A stretch of 64,000 nt of DNA from Cyanobacteria bacterium P01_A01_bin.123 (GCA_039815185.1 JBCBZT010000010.1:1-64000); one strand, 5' to 3'. Shown: positions 35,435 to 46,993, counted from the first letter of the stretch. The notes: generated from the sequence alone by a model not told the origin. Translations and numbers: made by a program.

Positions 35435-38180
35435 ACGTTTTCGCTATAAAGCGGCCAGATCCCATCGGTGGCGATGGCTATTGCCGGGTTTAGTGTTGGG
35501 TTGCTTTGTGGTTAGCCTATGGGGCTTAGGGTTGCTGACATCTTTAGATCAGCTAACGTTGAACGGCCTGTTGCGGGCTCGAGGACCGATTGATTGGGAT
35601 ACACGAGTGGTCGTGGTCACTGTGGATGATGGCACCCTAGGGGAACTAGGGCGGTTCCCCATTGATCGGCGTTACTACACGCGCTTGACTGAACAACTCA
35701 CTGCAGCAAAGTCCAGTGTCATTGGTTTCAATATCTTGTTTCCTGATAGCAGCCCCGACGATCAGGACTTTGCCAAGGCAATAGCGGCCCATGGCCGTGT
35801 CGTGCTGGGGCAAATTTGGGATGTTCAAGGCGCTGATATCTTGCCTAACCCAACCTTGCGGAATGTCGCGGCTGCGGTGGGACACTTACGCCAGCTGCTT
35901 GACAATGATGGCATTACCCGCAGGGTCGAATTGACTTCGGGGGAAGTCGTGGCTTTTGGGGTAGAGGTTGCCCAAGTTTATAGCTTGGTGTCAGAGCGGC
36001 TGACGATTCCAAACCTGGACGAAATGTGGGTCAACTGGCCAGGGGATGTGGCCAACGTGGCCCAATATTCTATGGCCCAAGTGCTAGCAGGCACAGTGCC
36101 GCTGCAAGCGTTTCAAGACAAAATCGTGCTGGTAGGGGTTACTGCTACGGGACTTGATCCCCTGTCAACCCCTTACAACTTCCAACCCCCAGTCGGGGGA
36201 GTATATCTCCATGCAGCTGTCATCAATACTCTGCTCCACGAAAATTGGCTGCGTCAAATTCGGCCAGGGATCTATATATTTCTAGTGGGAACGACGGGCG
36301 TATTGTTGGGGTATGGCCTGCGCGATCGCAGCTTTGGGTTTCAGATTGGCATTGGCATTGCCATTGCAGTCGGTTGGCTAGGGCTCAGCTTTATCCTGCT
36401 GCTGTTTAATGTTTGGTTCCCAGCGGTCGCGTTGGTACTGCTCAGTCTCTTATTGGTCACTTTCCTGATTGGTCTTGACCGACTCCAAGCCAGGGCCTTG
36501 CTGCAAGTCCGCAATGAATTTTTTAGCACGATGAGCCATGAAATTCGCACACCGATGAACGCCATTATCGGCATGGCAGAATTACTCAGGGAAACCCCCA
36601 TGACCGCAGATCAGCGAGAGTTTACCGAAACGATTTATACCAGTGGTCAAACCCTACTCACCCTAATCAACGACATCCTTGATTTTTCCAAAATTGAATC
36701 AGGCAAATTCGAACTCGAATATCGTCCAGTCCAGCTCTCTATCTGTATCGAGCAAAGTCTGGAACTGGTCACCCGTCGTGCTAGCGAAAAACAGTTAGAA
36801 CTGGCCTATCTGATCGAACCTGCGATCCAACCTATGTTTTTGGGAGATGACACACGACTGCGGCAAATTTTGATCAACCTGCTGAGTAATGCTGTAAAGT
36901 TCACCTCGACTGGCGCAGTCACCATTCACGCCCGCATCAATCGCCTCAAACCCCTGCCCCGGCAACGCCAGCTCCAAACCTCAACGTCTAGTATCAGCCA
37001 GAGACCTAAACCAGACTCGACCCCACACATCAACAAGGGATCACCGCTGTACGCCTTAAGAATTGATGTCAAAGACACCGGCATCGGCATCGATTCAGAA
37101 CAGATTGAAACCCTGTTTCAACCGTACACGCAAGCCAGTCAGTCAACCAGTCGCCGCTATGGTGGAACAGGATTGGGCCTGGCTATTTGTCGGCAATTAG
37201 TAAAAGCTATGGGGGGAAAGATTTGGGCCGACAGTATAGTGGGACAAGGCACCACCTTTTCTTTTGCAATTCCCGTTTTGACTGACGATACTACTGTAGT
37301 CAAGTCACTTGACCAACCCGATGCCAGGCTACTGGGCCATAGTTTGGGAGTAATTGAACCTCATCCCGTACGTCAGTCATTCCTCACCCAACAGGCCACC
37401 CTGTGGGGTATGGACGTGCAAATCTTGGCGTCTGACAAAACGGGGTGGGCCGCCCTGTCCCAAGCGCCTGCTTTATCCGCAGTGATTATTAATATCGATG
37501 CGATCGCGGCCCTAGATCCTCACTGGATGACCCAGCTCCGCCAAGCCAGCCAAAAACCTGCCCTACCCGTGTTGATGTTAAGTTACAGCCAGCCCTCGGC
37601 AGCAATCCTAACCCTGACCCCAATTACGGTGCTGCACAAACCCCTGAAACGCCAGGTCTTATTTGACGCCTTGGTGCAGGCCGTTCAGCAGCCATCTGGT
37701 GAACGAGCAGCTGGTGAACTGGCCTCACCTCTCCCTGTTACCTCAGCCCTAACTTCGACCCTGCATCTAAGCCTGACCCTTGATCGGCCGCTCAAAATTT
37801 TGTTGGCTGAAGACAACTTGGTCAATCAAAAAGTAACCCTGCGGATGTTGCAACGACTAGACTTGAGCGCTGATATTGTGGCTTCGGGTAAGCAGGCGTT
37901 AGAGGCGCTGTCGCAGACAAGCTATGACCTGATTTTGATGGACATGCGGATGCCAGAGATGGATGGGATCGAAGCGACTCGAAAAATCCGCGATCGCGGA
38001 GACGATACCCCCTACCCCTGGATTATCGCGATGACAGCTAACGCCGCTGACTCTGACCGCCAAAGCTGTCTAGCTGCAGGCATGAATGACTATTTGAGCA
38101 AACCGATTCGGCTCAACCGCTTGACCAAAGTTCTACAACACGCAGCTGATTCCCTCGGAGCACTTGAGCGGGCTGACTAA
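35415..38180 (+). CDS. CHASE2-domain hybrid sensor histidine kinase with C-terminal receiver
   Basis: VVVVTVDD...DGITR...KIVLVG..A.G.D..TP CHASE2 plus 3 TM; MSHEIRTPMN; GTGLGL; LLAEDNLVNQ receiver. Confidence 0.9.
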   Translation: MNWSLPKRFRYKAARSHRWRWLLPGLVLGCFVVSLWGLGLLTSLDQLTLNGLLRARGPIDWDTRVVVVTVDDGTLGELGRFPIDRRYYTRLTEQLTAAKSSVIGFNILFPDSSPDDQDFAKAIAAHGRVVLGQIWDVQGADILPNPTLRNVAAAVGHLRQLLDNDGITRRVELTSGEVVAFGVEVAQVYSLVSERLTIPNLDEMWVNWPGDVANVAQYSMAQVLAGTVPLQAFQDKIVLVGVTATGLDPLSTPYNFQPPVGGVYLHAAVINTLLHENWLRQIRPGIYIFLVGTTGVLLGYGLRDRSFGFQIGIGIAIAVGWLGLSFILLLFNVWFPAVALVLLSLLLVTFLIGLDRLQARALLQVRNEFFSTMSHEIRTPMNAIIGMAELLRETPMTADQREFTETIYTSGQTLLTLINDILDFSKIESGKFELEYRPVQLSICIEQSLELVTRRASEKQLELAYLIEPAIQPMFLGDDTRLRQILINLLSNAVKFTSTGAVTIHARINRLKPLPRQRQLQTSTSSISQRPKPDSTPHINKGSPLYALRIDVKDTGIGIDSEQIETLFQPYTQASQSTSRRYGGTGLGLAICRQLVKAMGGKIWADSIVGQGTTFSFAIPVLTDDTTVVKSLDQPDARLLGHSLGVIEPHPVRQSFLTQQATLWGMDVQILASDKTGWAALSQAPALSAVIINIDAIAALDPHWMTQLRQASQKPALPVLMLSYSQPSAAILTLTPITVLHKPLKRQVLFDALVQAVQQPSGERAAGELASPLPVTSALTSTLHLSLTLDRPLKILLAEDNLVNQKVTLRMLQRLDLSADIVASGKQALEALSQTSYDLILMDMRMPEMDGIEATRKIRDRGDDTPYPWIIAMTANAADSDRQSCLAAGMNDYLSKPIRLNRLTKVLQHAADSLGALERAD

Positions 38181-38461
38181 GCGGGCCAACGAAGAAGAGC
38201 CGTAAAAGCTAGACTGATATATTGAAGTGTTCGTGTTTACGGGGGTTACAACCCTAGCCTCACTGAATTAAAGCTCCCTAGTGTTTGCCGAATCAGTTTA
38301 CTAGTGCAACAGTGTCGCTGATCACCGCATAAGTCTTATGGCGGTTGCTATAACTGAGCGGTATGCAGCCCAGCCTGGTAAATTTGGTAGGCACTCGTGA
38401 TCCTGAGTGCAACCGAAGCACGGCATATGCCCTTTCCCAGAACGGAACCCCTAACCTGACA

Positions 38462-41131
38462 ATGCAGCCGACAGACCCCGACAAGTTTACCGCTAAGGCA
38501 TGGGAAGCGATCGTTGAAGCCCAAAACGTGGCTCGTCGCTTTAAGCAACAGTATCTTGAGGCTGAGCATGTCATGGTGGCGCTGCTAGAACAAGCGGGTC
38601 TGGCAAACACCCTATTAAAGCGCGTCGAACTTGACCCAGCCGTGATCAGCCGAGAACTTGAAACCTTTGCCCAACGACAAGCACGAGTCCGGGTTTCCAC
38701 CGACAATAATCTTTATCTGGGCCAAAGTCTCGACAAAATGCTCGATCAGGCCGAAGCCTGCCGCGAAGCGCTCAAAGATAAATTCATTTCCGTAGAGCAC
38801 TTGCTGTTAGGGTTTGTGGAAGACGAACGCATTGGCCAACGATTGCTACGGGGCTTTAAGGTCGAGTCCGCAACCCTGATGGCAGCGATTAATGCCGTAC
38901 GGGGTAGCCAGAGCGTCACCGATCAAAATCCTGAATCTCGCTACGAAGCCCTAGAAAAATATGGTCGCGACCTGACCGAACAGGCCAAAGTGGGCAAGCT
39001 GGATCCGGTGATTGGTCGGGATGAAGAAATTCGTCGGGTGGTACAGGTACTGTCCCGCCGGACTAAAAACAATCCGGTGCTAATCGGGGAGCCTGGGGTG
39101 GGCAAAACCGCGATCGCAGAAGGGCTAGCCCAGCGCATCATCAATGGTGATGTGCCCGAATCCTTGAAGAACCGTCGCCTGATTACCCTCGACATCGGTG
39201 GTTTGATTGCCGGAGCCAAGTATCGCGGGGAATTTGAAGATCGCCTGCGTTCGGTGCTCAAAGAAGTCACCAGTTCTGATGGTCAAATTGTGCTGTTTAT
39301 TGACGAACTGCACACCGTTGTTGGGGCTGGCGCTGGCCAGGGCACCATGGACGCGGGCAATCTGCTCAAACCCATGCTGGCCAGAGGCGAACTGCGCTGT
39401 ATCGGGGCCACCACTTTAGACGAATACCGCAAACACATCGAAAAAGATGCCGCTCTAGAACGGCGATTTCAGCAAGTGTATGTGGGCCAACCCAGTGTAG
39501 AAGACGCCATTTCGATCTTGCGGGGACTCAAAGAACGCTACGAAGTGCACCACGGGGTAAAAATTTCCGATTCAGCCCTAGTTGCAGCAGCTACCTTGTC
39601 TGATCGGTACATCAGCGATCGCTTTTTGCCCGACAAAGCCATCGATTTGGTAGATGAAGCGGCTGCCAAACTGAAGATGGAAATTACCTCCAAACCCGAA
39701 GAGTTGGAATCCATCGATCGCCGCCTCATGCAGCTCGAAATGGAAAAGCTCTCCCTAGAAGGAGAAGAGCAGCTATCAGGGGTTGCCTACCGCACTGCTC
39801 AAGAACGGCTGACCCGGATCAACCGAGAAATTGAAGTATTGGCAGACAAACAAAAAGACTTTAACGACCAATGGCAAAGCGAAAAACAAACCCTTGATGC
39901 GATTAATACCCTAAAAGAAAAAGAAGACCAGCTCAGGGTACAAATTGAGCAGGCGGAACGAGCCTACGATCTCAACAAAGCAGCTCAGCTCAAATATGGG
40001 GAACTAGAAGGCTTACAGCGCGATCGCGAAACCAAAGAAGTCAAACTGATGGAGATTCAATCCCGGGGGTCAACCCTATTGCGCGAACAGGTGATTGAAT
40101 CGGACATCGCCGAGATTGTTGCCAAGTGGACTGGTATTCCCGTCAATCGCTTAATGGAATCTGAACGGCAGAAGCTGCTCCAGCTTGAATCTCACCTGCA
40201 TCAAAAGGTGATTGGGCAAGAAGAAGCCATATCCGCTGTCTCTGCCGCCATTCGTCGAGCTAGGGCCGGGATGAAAGATCCGGGACGGCCGATTGGTTCA
40301 TTTTTGTTTATGGGGCCAACAGGGGTTGGTAAAACCGAACTCGCCCGTGCTCTGGCAGATTTTTTATTTGATACCGAAACCGCCTTGGTTCGTATCGATA
40401 TGTCCGAATATATGGAGAAGCATGCTGTCGCTAGACTCGTCGGTGCACCACCAGGATATGTGGGCTATGAAGAAGGGGGGCAATTGTCTGAAGCGATTCG
40501 ACGTCACCCCTATTCCGTCGTGTTGCTAGACGAAGTCGAAAAAGCTCATCCCGATGTCTTCAATATCTTGCTACAGGTGCTGGATGATGGCCGCATTACC
40601 GATTCCCAGGGACATCAAGTAGATTTCCGCAACACGGTGATAGTGATGACTAGCAATATCGGCAGCGATTACATTTTAGACGTTGCTGGCGACGACACCC
40701 AATATAGCGAAATGCAGCGACGGGTGATGAATGCCTTGCGTAAGCATTTCCGCCCCGAATTTCTCAACCGAGTTGATGACATGATTTTGTTCCATGCCCT
40801 GAGTCGAGTCGAGCTACGCAAGATTGTCGGCATCCAGATTCAGCGCATTCATCGTTTACTAAGGGAACAAAAAATTACGCTAGAACTCAGCGAAAAGGCT
40901 TTAGATCATGTCGCCGAAGTTGGCTACGATCCAGTGTACGGTGCACGTCCCTTAAAACGTGCCATTCAACGGGAGCTCGAAGATCCGATTGCAACCAAAA
41001 TCTTAGAGAACACATTGATAGCAGGTACAACCCTCCGGGTTAATCTGCATCAGGGGAAAGGTCTCATATTTGAGACTGATTCAGAAGATGCTGACGTTGA
41101 AACAGCCCTGATTGAATCTCAGGCAAGCTAA
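38462..41131 (+). CDS. clpB: ATP-dependent chaperone ClpB
   Basis: Two AAA+ modules ([16 protein letters not shown]), coiled-coil middle domain, YGARPLKR; start MQPTDP typical of cyanobacteria. Confidence 0.96.
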   Translation: MQPTDPDKFTAKAWEAIVEAQNVARRFKQQYLEAEHVMVALLEQAGLANTLLKRVELDPAVISRELETFAQRQARVRVSTDNNLYLGQSLDKMLDQAEACREALKDKFISVEHLLLGFVEDERIGQRLLRGFKVESATLMAAINAVRGSQSVTDQNPESRYEALEKYGRDLTEQAKVGKLDPVIGRDEEIRRVVQVLSRRTKNNPVLIGEPGVGKTAIAEGLAQRIINGDVPESLKNRRLITLDIGGLIAGAKYRGEFEDRLRSVLKEVTSSDGQIVLFIDELHTVVGAGAGQGTMDAGNLLKPMLARGELRCIGATTLDEYRKHIEKDAALERRFQQVYVGQPSVEDAISILRGLKERYEVHHGVKISDSALVAAATLSDRYISDRFLPDKAIDLVDEAAAKLKMEITSKPEELESIDRRLMQLEMEKLSLEGEEQLSGVAYRTAQERLTRINREIEVLADKQKDFNDQWQSEKQTLDAINTLKEKEDQLRVQIEQAERAYDLNKAAQLKYGELEGLQRDRETKEVKLMEIQSRGSTLLREQVIESDIAEIVAKWTGIPVNRLMESERQKLLQLESHLHQKVIGQEEAISAVSAAIRRARAGMKDPGRPIGSFLFMGPTGVGKTELARALADFLFDTETALVRIDMSEYMEKHAVARLVGAPPGYVGYEEGGQLSEAIRRHPYSVVLLDEVEKAHPDVFNILLQVLDDGRITDSQGHQVDFRNTVIVMTSNIGSDYILDVAGDDTQYSEMQRRVMNALRKHFRPEFLNRVDDMILFHALSRVELRKIVGIQIQRIHRLLREQKITLELSEKALDHVAEVGYDPVYGARPLKRAIQRELEDPIATKILENTLIAGTTLRVNLHQGKGLIFETDSEDADVETALIESQAS

Positions 41132-41277
41132 CAGTACACAGAAGACTTAATTTGTCAGCGTTCACAGCGCTTAAATTGTTCACCAGGAGAGATAAATTGC
41201 CATGACCAAGGAAACTGAGTTTGCTCCTTTCACGTCGATCTGAACTGAGTCTATAAATTTTGTGTAAAGATTACAAC

Positions 41278-41364
41278 ATTGAAATTTATGGAGCTATGGA
41301 ATGCCGATTGAAATTTATGGAGCTATGGAATGCCGATTGAAATTCATGGAGCTATGCAATACCG
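41278..41364. repeat. Three tandem 29-bp repeats
   Basis: ATTGAAATTTATGGAGCTATGGAATGCCG x2 plus a third copy with 3 mismatches; no spacers. Confidence 0.9.
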
Positions 41365-41484
41365 ATATCAATGCAATAGTAAGTCGCTGGTGTCTATAGG
41401 CTGAGTCTGGCTACAGGTTGATCTTAGGCCAAATTCTAGTTCTCTCAAGTATCGTTGCCCACGCACTTTTTAGGATGAAGGCCT

Positions 41485-42510
41485 ATGGTTCGTGCCCATT
41501 ATTCCCCCGCGGGTGCTTTGAGTACTACTACTGCTAGGTTAAAGGAAGTTTCTCCAATCCTCGATTTTACCGTTGTAATTTGCACTTATAACGGCGCTAA
41601 TCGCATTCCTGAAGTGCTAGCCCAACTCCAACGACAAGTGGATGTCGAAGGTTTGCGTTGGGAAGTTTTAGTAGTGGATAACAACAGCACTGACAACCTT
41701 ACCGACGTGTTTCAGAGGTTTCAATCTGATTGGGGCGAAGACTCTACGCTGCACTATTTGTTTGAATCTAAGCAGGGGCCTGCCTACGCTCGCCAACAGG
41801 CTATTCGGGCAGCCAAGAGTGAACTCATTGGTTTTTTAGATGATGACAATATTCCGGCAGACAACTGGGTGGCGGCGGCCTATCGATTTGGCCAGGCCCA
41901 TCCTCAGGCGGGAGCCTATGGTAGCCGGGTTCAGGGGCAATTTGAGGTAAACCCGCCGGAGGAGTTTGATCGCATTCGAGCCTTCTTTGCCCTAACCCAA
42001 CGAGGAGATTTCCCCCTGCGCTATGAAAGGCAACGCAAAGTTTTGCCGCCAGGCGCGGGGTTAGTCGTCAGACGCAAGGCCTGGTTAGAGAGTGTACCCA
42101 AACAGTGCATCTTATCTGGGCCGATTGCTAACATACGGATTGGCGGTGAAGATTTAGAAGCAGTTTCCCACATCCAAAATAGTCCCTGGGAAGTTTGGTA
42201 TAACCCTGAGATGGAAATCTCCCATAAAATTGCGGCTGAACGCATTACCCGAGACTACCTTTTGCGGTTTTTTAGAGGGATTGGGCTCAGCCGCCACGTT
42301 ACCCGAATGTTAGGGTGTGACCCTTGGCAACGACCATTTTGGTTCCTGTTATATATTGCCAATGATCTTCGCCGCATCCTGGCCCATTTCTTCAAGTACC
42401 GAACCCAGCTTCGCTCTGATTTAGTTGCAGCGTGCGAATTTCAGCTTTATGTTTCTAGTTTGATTAGCCCGTTGTATATCTGGAGGATGCGACTTCTGAA
42501 TCGATCATGA
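41485..42510 (+). CDS. hpsE: GT2 glycosyltransferase, HpsE-like (hormogonium polysaccharide)
   Basis: VVICTYNG, VVDNNS, GFLDDD, LPPGAGLVVRR, GEDLE, W.VWYNP.M.I.H.I. Confidence 0.8.
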   Translation: MVRAHYSPAGALSTTTARLKEVSPILDFTVVICTYNGANRIPEVLAQLQRQVDVEGLRWEVLVVDNNSTDNLTDVFQRFQSDWGEDSTLHYLFESKQGPAYARQQAIRAAKSELIGFLDDDNIPADNWVAAAYRFGQAHPQAGAYGSRVQGQFEVNPPEEFDRIRAFFALTQRGDFPLRYERQRKVLPPGAGLVVRRKAWLESVPKQCILSGPIANIRIGGEDLEAVSHIQNSPWEVWYNPEMEISHKIAAERITRDYLLRFFRGIGLSRHVTRMLGCDPWQRPFWFLLYIANDLRRILAHFFKYRTQLRSDLVAACEFQLYVSSLISPLYIWRMRLLNRS

Positions 42511-42571
42511 CTTCTGATCGGATGTGGTTTACGTCCGCTGAATGAAGCGATAAGTTGCCTGCGTTTTTCCT

Positions 42572-43522
42572 ATGGCCATTGACCTGACCGTTGCCATCCC
42601 GACCTATAATGGTGCCCCACGTTTGGCACTAGTTCTAGAACACTTACGGGCTCAAACTGGGACTGAAACCCTTGATTGGGAAATCCTGGTGGTTGACAAC
42701 AACAGCAGTGATGATACGGCTGAGCGGGTGCGGCAATGTCAAGCAGATTGGCTCCTTCAGGTTCCCCTCAAGTATTACTTTGAACCCCAACAGGGTGCCG
42801 CTTATGCCCGACAGCGAGCTGTGCAGGAGGCTGAGGGCAACTGGGTTGCTTTTTTGGATGATGATGTGTTGCCGATGGCAGATTGGGTTGAAAACGCGAT
42901 CGCGTTTGGCCGGGCTCATCCTCATGCGGGGGCCTACAGTGGCCAGATTCACGCCAAGTTTGACGAACCGCCGCCGCCAGAGTTTAAGCACATCAAAGCC
43001 TTTTTAGCCGTGCGGGAAGAGGGTAATTTGGCCTATCGCTACCAACCTGAGCGGCTCAATACGCCCCCAGCAGCAGCCCTGGTCGTGCGACGGCAAGCTT
43101 GGTTAGATTGGATGCCACCAGAACCTTACTTGGCAGGGCGGGTTGGGGAGTCAATGGTGGGCGGCGAAGATATCGAAATTTCGGTGCATTTGCACCACGG
43201 CGGCTGGGAAGTCTGGTATTGCCCTGAAATGCATGTTTCCCACCACATTCCGCCCCATCGCTTAGAGCGTGATTACTTGATGGGGTTGGCTCAGGGCTGT
43301 GGCCTCTCAGCTTGTCAACTGCAACTGTTAAACAAACCCCTTTGGCAAAAGCCATTGGTGACTGGCCGGATACTGTTGGGGAGTACTCGCCGGGTTATAT
43401 TCCATTACTGGCGACATCGCCGCGAACTCGGGACGGATTTGGTAGCGGCGTTCCGCCTCAGGTTTTATCTGGGCAACCTAATGAGTGTGCGTTATGCACT
43501 GCACCACAAGTTTTGGCGTTGA
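42572..43522 (+). CDS. GT2 glycosyltransferase, HpsE-like paralog
   Basis: VAIPTYNG, VVDNNS, AFLDDD, GGEDIE; tandem paralog of the upstream gene. Confidence 0.8.
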   Translation: MAIDLTVAIPTYNGAPRLALVLEHLRAQTGTETLDWEILVVDNNSSDDTAERVRQCQADWLLQVPLKYYFEPQQGAAYARQRAVQEAEGNWVAFLDDDVLPMADWVENAIAFGRAHPHAGAYSGQIHAKFDEPPPPEFKHIKAFLAVREEGNLAYRYQPERLNTPPAAALVVRRQAWLDWMPPEPYLAGRVGESMVGGEDIEISVHLHHGGWEVWYCPEMHVSHHIPPHRLERDYLMGLAQGCGLSACQLQLLNKPLWQKPLVTGRILLGSTRRVIFHYWRHRRELGTDLVAAFRLRFYLGNLMSVRYALHHKFWR

Positions 43523-43590
43523 TGCTGCCGATTTTGGATCGTAGGCATTAAAAGCCTAAGTTTTCGCAAATCAGGCATTTGAGCTTACCC

Positions 43591-44742
43591 ATGCATGTCA
43601 TTGTGTTAGAAAACGAACCGTCTTCTGAGCGGGGGGGACAAGAACGGAGCTTACTCGATGTTTGCAGAGGACTGGCCCAGCGCGGCCATCGCCTGAGTTT
43701 GCTGTATGTCCAGTCAGGGGATTTATTAGCGCAGTATCAGACGTTTTGTGCTGATTGGTATGCCGTTTCAGGTTATCGCTTTTATCCGCGTTACCCATTG
43801 CGGTCACTGCAGCAATGGCGTCGAGACATCTTCAAAATTCCAATCACTCGTGACAGTGTCATTTACAGCAATCAGTATCACGACAGCTTATTTGGAACAA
43901 CCTTTGCGCGCCTCCGTCGAGTGCCGTTTGTTTGTCATCTGCGGCTGCCGCCGGGTCTACCCTTGGGGGTGCAGTGCAATTGGGGGATGGGCGGTACCGA
44001 TCGTTTGATTGCCGTATCTCGACAAACCCAAGTAGACTGGCAAACTGCTGGATTTGAACGCAAACCAATTGATGTCGTTTACAACGCGATTGATGTGGAT
44101 CAGTTTCAACCCACCACTGATCTAGTCGCCTGTCGGCATCGCTGGGGACTAGCGGCGGGCGATCGCGCGATCGCCTATGTCGGTCGGCTCGATCAGGTTA
44201 AGGGGGTTGAAACACTGCTGCGGGCCTTTGCTCAAATGACCCCCATAAATTCGAAAAATCCAGATGCTGGCAAAGCCCAAATCCATCTGTTAATTGCTGG
44301 CAAACCGTTGATCACCCAATCTGACTATGGTGAACATCTAAAGCGCTTGACAAAGCACCTGGGAATTGAAACCCAGGTGCATTTTCTAGGTCACGTTAAC
44401 GATCCCCGTTGGGTTTACCAAGCCAGCGATGTGGTGGTGTTGCCCAGTGAATGGTCAGAACCCTTTGGACGCGTTTTGATAGAAGGAATGGCCTGTGCCA
44501 TTCCGGCGGTGGGTAGCGCCATTGGCGGGATTCCGGAGGTATTGGCTGACTTGCCCTATAACGCCCTGTTTCAACCGGGTAACCAGGCTGAATTAGCCAA
44601 TCGCTTGGAGATGCTAATCGATTGGCGATCGCACCAACCAGACTTGGGCCAACAGTGCCGTCAGCATGTCAAAGTAAAGTTTTTACTATCACACACGATT
44701 GATGGGGTAGAAACTGCCTTACATAGGGCGCTTAAAGGTTAG
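43591..44742 (+). CDS. GT4 glycosyltransferase
   Basis: GGQERS, YVGRLD..KG, EPFGRVLIEGMA motif. Confidence 0.88.
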   Translation: MHVIVLENEPSSERGGQERSLLDVCRGLAQRGHRLSLLYVQSGDLLAQYQTFCADWYAVSGYRFYPRYPLRSLQQWRRDIFKIPITRDSVIYSNQYHDSLFGTTFARLRRVPFVCHLRLPPGLPLGVQCNWGMGGTDRLIAVSRQTQVDWQTAGFERKPIDVVYNAIDVDQFQPTTDLVACRHRWGLAAGDRAIAYVGRLDQVKGVETLLRAFAQMTPINSKNPDAGKAQIHLLIAGKPLITQSDYGEHLKRLTKHLGIETQVHFLGHVNDPRWVYQASDVVVLPSEWSEPFGRVLIEGMACAIPAVGSAIGGIPEVLADLPYNALFQPGNQAELANRLEMLIDWRSHQPDLGQQCRQHVKVKFLLSHTIDGVETALHRALKG

Positions 44743-44761
44743 TGCGGGTTCAGTCGCCCAA

Positions 44762-45718
44762 TCAGCGTAACAGCGCACTCCAAGTGGCTGGCCCTACCAC
44801 CCCATCGGGGGATAGTTGATAATGGCGTTGGGCCTGTTGCACAGCCGCTTCAGTATCTGGGCCAAAAATACCGTCCAGAGAACCCTGATAAAAGTCCAGG
44901 GATTTGAGCCGTTCTTGCAAACGCACGATCGCCGGCCCGTGCATGCCCCGTCGCAAAATGGGGAAATCAGTCGGTGCAGTTGTTTGATTGTTGCCAGTTG
45001 CGTCAGTATTGCTTGGGTTGTCTTGGGACGGATTGCCAGCAGATGGAGGAGTCTCCTCTGGTATGGGAGTGGATTGAGCACTTGCCTCAGGTGGAAATGC
45101 AGCAGCGGGGTCGGCGGAGGCAGCATTGTCTGAACTTGTCGAGGGGGGTAAGGCTGCTGGTTCTGAGGCGTTTGATGCGGTTGTCGTAGCTGGCGGATTA
45201 GCAGCAGCCGGCGGATCAGGAAAAAGGCGATTCCAAGTGGCCGGGCCTACAATGCCATCTGTGCTTAACCCAGCAGCCTGCTGAAATTGAGCCACTGCGG
45301 ACTGGGTTGAGTCTTGGTATATCCCGTCTACAGCATCATCAAAGTAGCCCATGAGCTTGAGCATGGCTTGGAGCTCAGAGACGGCAGTCCCTTCACTCCC
45401 CAATCTCAGCGTGGGGCGAGAAACCCGCTGAGGTGAGGATATGACTTCTGTTGGGTCCGTGGTCATGGGAGCAGACTGCTCAGGAGTAGGCTGCTCGGGG
45501 GGAGCCTGCTGGGCAACTCTGATCTGGAGCGGCTCTGCCAACGCAGCGGCAGGAGTCCACCCCATGGGAAGCAAACTCAAGAGTAGCCCCATCACCCAGC
45601 TGGGCATAGGCACGTTGCGAATTACCCGCTGGGTCTGATAATGGGGCTGGATTTTCCCACAAGTTAAGATCCTGCGGATGACATTCCTGCTATTGATATC
45701 GTCTCCCATGTACTCCAT
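44762..45718 (-). CDS. Secreted protein with two PG_binding_1 peptidoglycan-binding domains
   Basis: LRLGSEG..V..LQ..L...DGIVGPATW twice, with a Pro/Ala/Ser linker; start may be 45607. Confidence 0.85.
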   Translation of the reverse strand: MEYMGDDINSRNVIRRILTCGKIQPHYQTQRVIRNVPMPSWVMGLLLSLLPMGWTPAAALAEPLQIRVAQQAPPEQPTPEQSAPMTTDPTEVISSPQRVSRPTLRLGSEGTAVSELQAMLKLMGYFDDAVDGIYQDSTQSAVAQFQQAAGLSTDGIVGPATWNRLFPDPPAAANPPATTTASNASEPAALPPSTSSDNAASADPAAAFPPEASAQSTPIPEETPPSAGNPSQDNPSNTDATGNNQTTAPTDFPILRRGMHGPAIVRLQERLKSLDFYQGSLDGIFGPDTEAAVQQAQRHYQLSPDGVVGPATWSALLR

Positions 45719-45892
45719 TTGACTTGCTGCGCTCCCTAACTGGGTGTGGTATCGATTTTTGTAACGGGCTCACCCTGGGAAGCTGCTTCTGTTAACCATT
45801 AACCAATAGCTAACAGACAGCTCATTTTGGGGAACCGCTCATTTTGTTCTTAAACAGGGTAGCGTGTGTTTAGCCGATGAAAAAAAAAATCT

Positions 45893-46918
45893 ATGCAATT
45901 TTCATGGTTGAGCTGTTTTAGAGGCGCGATTTGGGGCGTTGTAATTGCTGATGCCCTCGCTGCAGGCGAGCTACCATGGGAGTTTGGACCACTGGGCCAC
46001 TGCCCAAAGAGGTCTACAAATTTGATATCCCCAATGTCAGACTTACCCCAGGAAACATCGACTTGGGGCACTGCCTTGATTGCCTGTGGCCAGCAGGTTT
46101 TATCTACATCTAGTCTGGGATCGCCTTTTCTGAAAGGATCAGAGATTGAGGTTAGTCTCAGTAAGACACCTGCTGCTGCTGCAATCGCTTATTTGCCGAT
46201 GCTGTTGCGCTATCAGCGATCGCCCCTAGAAGTAGTCTTGAGCGGGAATAGCATCAGACAGGAAACAGAGGCCTCGATGGTCTTGCAAGACCAGTCTTTG
46301 ACCATCGCTTGGTATGCCCATCAATTAGTCTTGGGCTGGATTCAGATTGTTGCCCAAAATGCCGTTCCCCTATCCCCAAAAGAGAGGCTTGAGGCACTCC
46401 AACATCACTTAAAACAATCGGTCAAATCCGTAAACCGGACTTCTCACCCTGAGGTTAAGTTCAGCCTTGAGCCACTACTGGCGGCTTTAGATGATCTCAA
46501 GTGCTTGCTTGATCAGCCCCAGTTGATCATGGCGAATAAAACTGGAACAGCGTTGTCCCTACCGCTGTTATCCCCTTTAATCTGGGCGCTGTATTTTAGC
46601 TTGACTGCTGTTGAGAATTATCCAGTTGCGGTGATCCGAGCGCTAAGATTAAGGCATTCCCCACCATTAGTCGTCAGTTTGACTGGGCTCTTTAGTGGCA
46701 TTGTGGCCAGTTCAATCGGGTTGCCTCCCGTTTGGTTAGCGCCCATCTTGGCCAAACCTAAGACACCGCTGGTGACCCAGGAGGAATTTCCCTCCTCAAA
46801 AGCACTGCGACAGTTGCCTGATCAGTTATATGCTGCCTGCATTGGAATTGATTGGGCCTATGCCCCCACCTCACTCACTGCTGATTGGCCCACAGCGTTG
46901 CCCATTGTTCACAGTTAG
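45893..46918 (+). CDS. Divergent ADP-ribosylglycohydrolase-like protein (probably catalytically degenerate)
   Basis: FRGAIWG..IADAL N-terminus and TG..SG...GLP..W C-terminus; TDD/DxD metal motifs not visible. Confidence 0.55.
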   Translation: MQFSWLSCFRGAIWGVVIADALAAGELPWEFGPLGHCPKRSTNLISPMSDLPQETSTWGTALIACGQQVLSTSSLGSPFLKGSEIEVSLSKTPAAAAIAYLPMLLRYQRSPLEVVLSGNSIRQETEASMVLQDQSLTIAWYAHQLVLGWIQIVAQNAVPLSPKERLEALQHHLKQSVKSVNRTSHPEVKFSLEPLLAALDDLKCLLDQPQLIMANKTGTALSLPLLSPLIWALYFSLTAVENYPVAVIRALRLRHSPPLVVSLTGLFSGIVASSIGLPPVWLAPILAKPKTPLVTQEEFPSSKALRQLPDQLYAACIGIDWAYAPTSLTADWPTALPIVHS

Positions 46919-46993
46919 TTCATTAAACGTTTGATATTGCATCACCTGACATAATTTGCGATTGGGATTCAGAAATCGGATTAGACCTCAGCT

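Noticed and set aside
41263..41275. TGTAAAGATTACA as an NtcA site
   Set aside because: The GTA-TAC spacing is 5 nt, not 8.
41278..41364. Possible CRISPR array (29-bp repeats containing ATTGAAA)
   Set aside because: The repeats abut with no spacers, and there are no cas genes in the window.
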